From the NCBI GenBank assembly GCA_043767805.1, contig JAYUGC010000135.1:1-10926 (forward strand): a DNA stretch of 10,926 nt. Reading direction: 5' to 3'. The notes under the pieces are model-generated. The model was given only the letters and a program-made list of their open reading frames with translations. It ran no database searches and was not told where the DNA came from. Made by a program: the position numbers and the translations under genes. Within the stretch, counting starts at the first letter, position 1, and every line of letters starts with the position of its first letter. Source of the DNA: Pseudomonadota bacterium (GTDB taxonomy: Bacteria; Bdellovibrionota; FAC87; UBA2466). Shown piece by piece: positions 6,935 to 10,926 of the stretch.

Positions 6935-8113
6935 ATGTTTCAAAATATTGTTTTTGTCGGCGCAAAACGCACTCCGTTTGGAGCTTTCGGCGGTAGCTTG
7001 AAAGAGCTTTCCGCGACAGACCTCGCGGTCCACGCGGCGGTGGCGGCACTGGCGGCGGCCAACGTCGATCCTAACGACATCGACCACGCTATTTTCGGAA
7101 ACGTGCTGCAAACCTCGGCCGATGCGGCTTACCTGGCGCGTCATGCCGCGCTGCGCGCGGGCGTTCCTCAAGGCGTTCCGGCGGTCACGGTGAACCGGCT
7201 TTGCGGATCGGGTTTCGAAGCCATCGCCGACGCGGCCAATCGCCTCGCTCTCGGCCAAGCGAAATGCGTACTCGCGGGCGGCGCGGAGAGCATGAGCCAG
7301 GCGCCCTACGTCTTGAGAAAAGCGCGCTTCGGTTACCGCTTGAGTCACGGCGAAATGGAAGACAGTCTCACCTCGGCGCTCACCGACTCCTACGCGGGCA
7401 TGCCCATGGCGATGACCGCCGAGGGCCTCGCGGAAGACAAGGGCATCACGCGCGCCGAGTGCGACGCCTTCGCGGTGGAAAGCCAAAAACGCGCGGCCGC
7501 CGCGGCAGCCGGCGGAAGATTCAAAGAAGAGCTCGCCACGGTGACCTTTTCGGTCCGAGGCAAGGAAACCTCTCTCGACAAAGACGAGCACATTCGTCCC
7601 GAGGCGTCGCTCGAAGGGCTCGCGAAGTTAAAGCCCGTTTTTAAAAAGGACGGCGTCGTTACGGCCGGAAACGCGAGCGGCATGGTCGATGGCGCAGCCG
7701 CCCTTCTCGTCACCACGCGCGATCGCGCCAAAGAGCGCGGCTGGCAAGTTTTGGGAGAGCTCGTCGATTTCTCGGTGGTGGGTTGCGATCCGAAACGCAT
7801 GGGCATCGGCCCGGTGCCCGCGGTCAAAAAACTTCTCGAGGCCAATCGCCTGAAGCTCTCCGACTTGCGGTGGATTGAAATCAACGAAGCGTTCGCCGCT
7901 CAGTACCTGGCGGTCGAGCGAGAGCTCGGCAACTCCCGCGAAATCACCAACGCTGACGGTGGGGCCACCGCCATCGGCCATCCTCTGGGCGCGACCGGCG
8001 CGAGACTCGTCGCGCACGCGCTCTACGCGCTAAAAAAAGCGGGAGGCGGATGGGGCGTGACCAGCGCGTGCATCGGCGGAGGCCAGGGCATGGCTTGCCT
8101 GCTGAAAGTCTGA
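6935..8113 (+). CDS. Acetyl-CoA C-acyltransferase (3-ketoacyl-CoA thiolase), ACAA2-like, 392 aa
   Basis: SD GAGGA before ATG 6935; KRTPFG, catalytic TVNRLCGSG, GAESMSQAPY, VTAGNASG, EINEAFAAQ, GHPLGATG and SACIGGGQG motifs. Confidence 0.95.
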   Translation: MFQNIVFVGAKRTPFGAFGGSLKELSATDLAVHAAVAALAAANVDPNDIDHAIFGNVLQTSADAAYLARHAALRAGVPQGVPAVTVNRLCGSGFEAIADAANRLALGQAKCVLAGGAESMSQAPYVLRKARFGYRLSHGEMEDSLTSALTDSYAGMPMAMTAEGLAEDKGITRAECDAFAVESQKRAAAAAAGGRFKEELATVTFSVRGKETSLDKDEHIRPEASLEGLAKLKPVFKKDGVVTAGNASGMVDGAAALLVTTRDRAKERGWQVLGELVDFSVVGCDPKRMGIGPVPAVKKLLEANRLKLSDLRWIEINEAFAAQYLAVERELGNSREITNADGGATAIGHPLGATGARLVAHALYALKKAGGGWGVTSACIGGGQGMACLLKV

Positions 8114-8117
8114 TGCA

Positions 8118-10370
8118 GTGAGGGTCTCTTTCACCCAGCTCATATTCTTTTTCCTGAGCGCGGCCTCGTCACGCGCCTTTGCCGCTTCGGAGATTCAGTT
8201 CCGCGCGGATTTTTATTCACGCGATTTATCCAAAGACACTCTGCTCGAAAGAGGCAATGCCTGGGTCAAGCGAGACGATCGGGAGATCTGGGCGGACGAA
8301 ATCCAGGTCGATTTCAAAAAGAAAGTCGCGGTCGCCAAAGGGCACGTTCATGTCCGCGATGGGGGCGTCGACATCTGGTCCAGCGAGGCCAATTACGATC
8401 TCGAGGGCGAGCAGGGCACCATGAACGACGCGGTTCTCGTCCGCGGGCAGATGGTCATCGCGGGAGTGGTGGTCCGCAAGGTCTCCAGCGAAACCTTCGA
8501 GGTCGAGGAAGGCACCTACAGCAATTGCAACACGTCGCTCATGAAAGACTCGGGCGTCGCGGGCTGCAAACTCGACTGGAAGCTCTACGGCCGGCGCTTC
8601 AGCATCACGACGGAATCCTACGCGCAGTTCTTCGACTCTCTCGTCTTCGTGCGAGACATGCCCATTCTATACACCCCGTACTTCATCATTCCGGTGAAAA
8701 CGAAACGGCAGTCCGGCTTTCTTCTCCCCTCCTTCAGCGGCTCGGCGGGCCTCGGGGGCGGAAGCCACTTTCCGTTTTTCATCAATCTCGGTCCCTGGCA
8801 CGACTTGACCGTCACCCCCGGCTACTATTCGAAGACCGGAGTTCATTCGGCTTTGGATTATCGCTACCAGTACTCACTCAGCGCCGGAGGACGTTTTCAG
8901 TTCTTCTTCACGCAACAGCGTTTTTCGAGCGACTTGAACAACCCGGCCGTCAACGATTCGGCGAAGCCGCGCCTTCTCGGGGTCTTGGGTGAGTGGGCGG
9001 TCTCCGCGGAGAACCATTTCGCTTTCGGAAAGCGTGGCTTCAGCCGGCAAAAGATTCTCGCGGTGAGTAACCCTTACTACACCCAAGACTACTACGCCGA
9101 TCTAGGCACTTCGGCGAACGCTTCTTACCTTCGCTCCCAAATCGACGCGACTTATCCCTGGGATCATTGGCTGGCCACCGCCTTCATCCGTCAGCATCAG
9201 TCCCTAATTATTTCGAAGGACTCAGGCGCGGACGGCGGGGCAGTCACCGAGCTGCCCTCGGTGAACGTGTCGCGCGCCAATACCGGGCTACTGGGCAAAA
9301 TCCTGTCCTGGGAAACCGATCTGTCGGCGACGGAATTTTTCCGCGCGCCCCAATTCGATCAGATCCCCCTCTCCCCGGCCAACTTCGGCACTAACTTCGA
9401 TGCCAACCGCTCTTTCGACAGCAACGACTTTCTCCGTTCGGGGCGCCGCGTGCTCATCGAGCCGCGGCTCGTGGCCAACGTTCCCATGCCGCCCGGCTTT
9501 CAATTTCAGCCCGTATTGACCGCGGGGTCGCTGCTCTATCATTTCGATCTGCCGAGTGCCTCCTTCGTGCACCGCGAGTACTTGCAAGCCGAGCTTCCCC
9601 TGTCTCTTTACCTCTCTCGTCAATTTGAGACCAGCTTCTCGGGCTATGAAAAGATCAGTCACGTTTTCCAGCCACGGATCACCTACGCCCGCACGCTTTA
9701 TGATTCCATCTCCGATCCGACCCACCCGTTTTTCGATAAGGCCATTGCCAATCCGCGCTTCGACATCCGCGATCAGTTCTCCGAGTTCGAGTATATGCGC
9801 TTTGAGCTCATCAACCGTTTCCGCCGTAAAACGGGAGATTCCCGTGAGCGTTTCTTTCTGCTCCAACTTTCCGAGCAATATAACCTGAGAAAAGTGCCGG
9901 GCGATCCCCGGTATGGCAAACGCCTAGGTCCGGTTGAAATCTTCAGCGAGCTTGCCGTCTGGCGCTTCGCCATGCAGCTCCAGGCGACGTACGATCTGGA
10001 GCTCACCACCGGGCTCCTGGGCCCCGGCATCCGCGAAAACAGCTGGTCGGCGTCTCTCCAATACGCCGCCAACGCCATGGACTACATCCGCTTCAATACG
10101 CTGCTCCGAAACAAGTACGACCCGTCTCTATCCGCGCAGTCCCTTTATTTGGATTTCTATCAGACGCTACCGCTGTTTTTCGACCTCGCCGGCACGGCCG
10201 AGTACTCAATGCGGGGCGCGGGGCTTCTCGGCTACTCTCTGGCGTTTCATTTCGGCATGAAGGAACGGGCGTGCTGGGGCATCTCGCTTCGCACCGGAAG
10301 AGATTCCTTGAAGCGGCCTTTCGTGAACTTGGATTTTCGGCTCAATTTCGGCAACCCGGGGAGTCTATGA
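8118..10370 (+). CDS. lptD: LPS-assembly outer-membrane protein LptD (OstA/Imp)
   Basis: Signal peptide; N-terminal OstA beta-jellyroll (ADEIQVD…AVAKGHVHV); 'GTYSNC…DWKL'; 'PILYTPYFIIPVKTKRQSGFLLPS'; 'PFFINLGPWHDLTVTPGYYSKTG'; 'TELPSV'; 'HVFQPRITY'; C-terminal 'CWGI'. Confidence 0.92.
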   Translation: MRVSFTQLIFFFLSAASSRAFAASEIQFRADFYSRDLSKDTLLERGNAWVKRDDREIWADEIQVDFKKKVAVAKGHVHVRDGGVDIWSSEANYDLEGEQGTMNDAVLVRGQMVIAGVVVRKVSSETFEVEEGTYSNCNTSLMKDSGVAGCKLDWKLYGRRFSITTESYAQFFDSLVFVRDMPILYTPYFIIPVKTKRQSGFLLPSFSGSAGLGGGSHFPFFINLGPWHDLTVTPGYYSKTGVHSALDYRYQYSLSAGGRFQFFFTQQRFSSDLNNPAVNDSAKPRLLGVLGEWAVSAENHFAFGKRGFSRQKILAVSNPYYTQDYYADLGTSANASYLRSQIDATYPWDHWLATAFIRQHQSLIISKDSGADGGAVTELPSVNVSRANTGLLGKILSWETDLSATEFFRAPQFDQIPLSPANFGTNFDANRSFDSNDFLRSGRRVLIEPRLVANVPMPPGFQFQPVLTAGSLLYHFDLPSASFVHREYLQAELPLSLYLSRQFETSFSGYEKISHVFQPRITYARTLYDSISDPTHPFFDKAIANPRFDIRDQFSEFEYMRFELINRFRRKTGDSRERFFLLQLSEQYNLRKVPGDPRYGKRLGPVEIFSELAVWRFAMQLQATYDLELTTGLLGPGIRENSWSASLQYAANAMDYIRFNTLLRNKYDPSLSAQSLYLDFYQTLPLFFDLAGTAEYSMRGAGLLGYSLAFHFGMKERACWGISLRTGRDSLKRPFVNLDFRLNFGNPGSL

Positions 10371-10926
10371 CGGAAGCGGTACTCATTCTCGCGGGAACGC
10401 CCTTGGACGACTCTGCCCCTTTGAATCCCGGCACGCGAGCGGCCGCCGAAAAGGCGGACCTCATCATCGGCGAATCGAGAGGCGTGATGATGCGCTACTT
10501 GAGAGGCATCCCCGACCTCGACAAGAAAACGTACTGCATGGATCCACCCCGCAAGGACACCATGGAGATGATTCAAGACGCCCTCGCCGCTTTGAAAAAG
10601 ACGGGCGGCACGGCGGTGCTTTTCTCGGACACGGGCATGCCGGTGCTCTTCGATCCCGGCTCGGAGATCCTCGAGTATTGCCGCTCTCTGGGATTTCGCA
10701 TCCGCTCCTCGGAGGGCTCCACTTCCTGGGGCATGGCCTGCGCCCTTTCGGGGTGGGAGCCGCCCTTCCTGATTCTAGGCTTTCCTCCCAGAGACACCGA
10801 GGATCGAGTGGGCTTTCTCTCGGGCCACAAAGACTCGGTGTCTCTGGGAGGAAAGCCTAGAATCAGGAAGGGCGGCTCCCACCCCGAAAGGGCGCAGGCC
10901 ATGCCCCAGGAAGTGGAGCCCTCCGA
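10367..10926 (+). CDS. rsmI: RsmI-like SAM-dependent (tetrapyrrole methylase family) methyltransferase, 3'-partial; sequence after about 10833 probably artefactual
   Basis: ATGA overlap with the lptD stop. Manual translation gives MTEAVLILAGTPLDD…AEKADLIIGESR…AVLFSDTGMPVLFDPGSEIL…EGSTSWGMACALSG…FLILGFPPRD, matching the RsmI motifs (TPIGN, ADxIxxED, SDAGxPxISDPG, PGxSA, FxFxGFLP). It has no stop, so it is absent from the ORF track. Confidence 0.75.
   Translation, partial: MTEAVLILAGTPLDDSAPLNPGTRAAAEKADLIIGESRGVMMRYLRGIPDLDKKTYCMDPPRKDTMEMIQDALAALKKTGGTAVLFSDTGMPVLFDPGSEILEYCRSLGFRIRSSEGSTSWGMACALSGWEPPFLILGFPPRDTEDRVGFLSGHKDSVSLGGKPRIRKGGSHPERAQAMPQEVEPS
10709..10926. repeat. Perfect 93-bp inverted repeat (arms 10709-10801 and 10834-10926, 32-bp spacer) running to the window end
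   Basis: Base-by-base comparison shows 10834-10926 is the exact reverse complement of 10709-10801. Confidence 0.97.

Noticed and set aside
6006..7591. Long ORFs 6006-6773 (+) and 6818-7591 (-)
   Set aside because: They lie antisense to the PilZ-like gene and the thiolase, as expected from codon bias in GC-rich DNA.
10573..10902. 109 aa minus-strand ORF beginning MACALSGWEPPFLILGFPPRD, apparently a second rsmI fragment
   Set aside because: It is produced entirely by the terminal inverted duplication and is not an independent gene.
10709..10926. Inverted repeat as MITE/IS ends, structured ncRNA or terminator
   Set aside because: The left arm is ordinary in-frame coding sequence, and there is no transposase, target duplication or mismatch. 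A fold-back artefact explains it better.

Overview
GC-rich bacterial chromosomal segment from an LPS-containing diderm. The gene content and style suggest Bdellovibrionota or a deltaproteobacteria-like lineage, which is an inference. Left part: a minus-strand pair encoding a beta-propeller-like lipoprotein and a YceI-family protein, behind a well-spaced sigma54 (-24/-12) motif, with a divergent five-TM Yip1-like membrane protein. Middle: a second sigma54-type promoter precedes two signal-peptide-bearing, low-complexity proteins (544 and 391 aa) that look unrelated overall but share a C-terminal motif [ST][IL][FY][QE]xA[RK]xS; one also has a hydrophobic helical hairpin. Upstream on the same strand is a degenerate PilZ-like protein. 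Right part: a tightly coupled plus-strand operon of an ACAA2-like thiolase, lptD and a divergent rsmI-like methyltransferase. The last 93 bp are an exact reverse complement of 10709-10801, most likely a fold-back amplification or assembly artefact that truncates the rsmI-like gene. I saw no RNA genes, CRISPR arrays or mobile elements.
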